The position numbers were made by a program, and so were the translations under genes. The notes beneath the pieces were generated by a model. That model saw only the letters and a program-made list of their open reading frames with translations, was not told the origin of the DNA and ran no database searches. From positions 1 to 43,970 of the forward strand of contig JAFOMO010000025.1 of the NCBI GenBank assembly GCA_017418905.1: a stretch of DNA of 43,970 nucleotides, given 5' to 3'. Positions within the stretch are counted from its first letter, which is position 1, and each line of letters opens with the position of its first letter. Positions 43,682 to 43,970 of the stretch are shown here, piece after piece. Origin of the DNA: Clostridia bacterium. Its GTDB lineage: Bacteria; Bacillota; Clostridia; Oscillospirales; Acutalibacteraceae.

Positions 43682-43970
43682 TTATGCGCTGTATGACACA
43701 GCGTATTCTCTTGCAGCTTTATCTGCTTTTATTATCGAATCCACATTGATAATATCTTCTATGGGCAGCTTTGTTATAGCTCCCCATACAATATCTCCTA
43801 TATCCGTAAAGGAGATCTTTTTGTCAAGGAACATTTGTACCGCTGCTTCGTTCGCACCGTTAGCAAGAACAGGAGCAGTACCGCCAAGCTTCATAGAATG
43901 CTTACACGCATTAAGACACTTAAAGGTATCGTAATCAGGCTGCATAAAGGTCAGACTGCCTACCTTTGTA
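43682..43970 (-). CDS. dxr: 1-deoxy-D-xylulose-5-phosphate reductoisomerase, C-terminal part (5' end outside the window)
   Basis: The frame stays open to the window edge (TKVGSLTFMQPDYDTFKCLNAC...GGTAPVLANGANEAAVQMFLDKKISFTDI). This matches the Dxr C-terminal domain, and the gene sits in the conserved dxr-rseP position. Confidence 0.85.
   Translation of the reverse strand, partial: TKVGSLTFMQPDYDTFKCLNACKHSMKLGGTAPVLANGANEAAVQMFLDKKISFTDIGDIVWGAITKLPIEDIINVDSIIKADKAAREYAVSYSA

Noticed and set aside
1-43970. A scan for CRISPR arrays, tRNA or rRNA genes, transposases, integrases and recognisable defence-system genes.
   Set aside because: None was found by eye. The only repeated DNA is the structured intergenic element family reported above.

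Overview
The window is a 44-kb chromosomal segment of a low-GC Firmicute, class Clostridia. The evidence for that placement is a PolC-type replicase, a Spo0A-like regulator, and two conserved gene orders: dxr-rseP-ispG-polC and nusB-xseA-xseB-ispA-dxs-tlyA-nadK-argR-recN. About 85% of the window is coding, mostly on the minus strand. I found no rRNA, tRNA, CRISPR array, transposase or integrase.

Gene content, left to right:
- GH25 lysozyme
- several small membrane proteins of unknown function, three of which look paralogous
- cysK-like PLP enzyme
- four-domain flavodiiron protein
- aquaporin
- large polytopic membrane protein
- SulP/STAS anion transporter
- operon of a Tet(M)/EF-G-like GTPase fused to a Rae1/YacP NYN nuclease plus a DEDDh exonuclease
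- Cof-type HAD hydrolase and an amino-acid ABC transporter
- DegT-family aminotransferase
- the recN-to-nusB housekeeping block
- operon of a beta-helix lipoprotein, a low-complexity secreted protein, and an OmpR-type response regulator and histidine kinase
- divergent Spo0A-like regulator
- VanZ-like protein
- polC, ispG, rseP and the 3' end of dxr

Observations most worth follow-up:
1. The translational GTPase-NYN endoribonuclease fusion is translationally coupled to a PolC-exo-like exonuclease.
2. The PolC gene lacks its intrinsic 3'-5' exonuclease domain.
3. A family of about 140-170-bp intergenic elements occurs in five copies. All share a 25-nt core inside a hairpin whose stems differ between copies but stay complementary. 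Each copy sits at the head of a transcription unit.
4. Four 11-bp-phased direct repeats replace the -35 box of the lipoprotein/two-component operon promoter.
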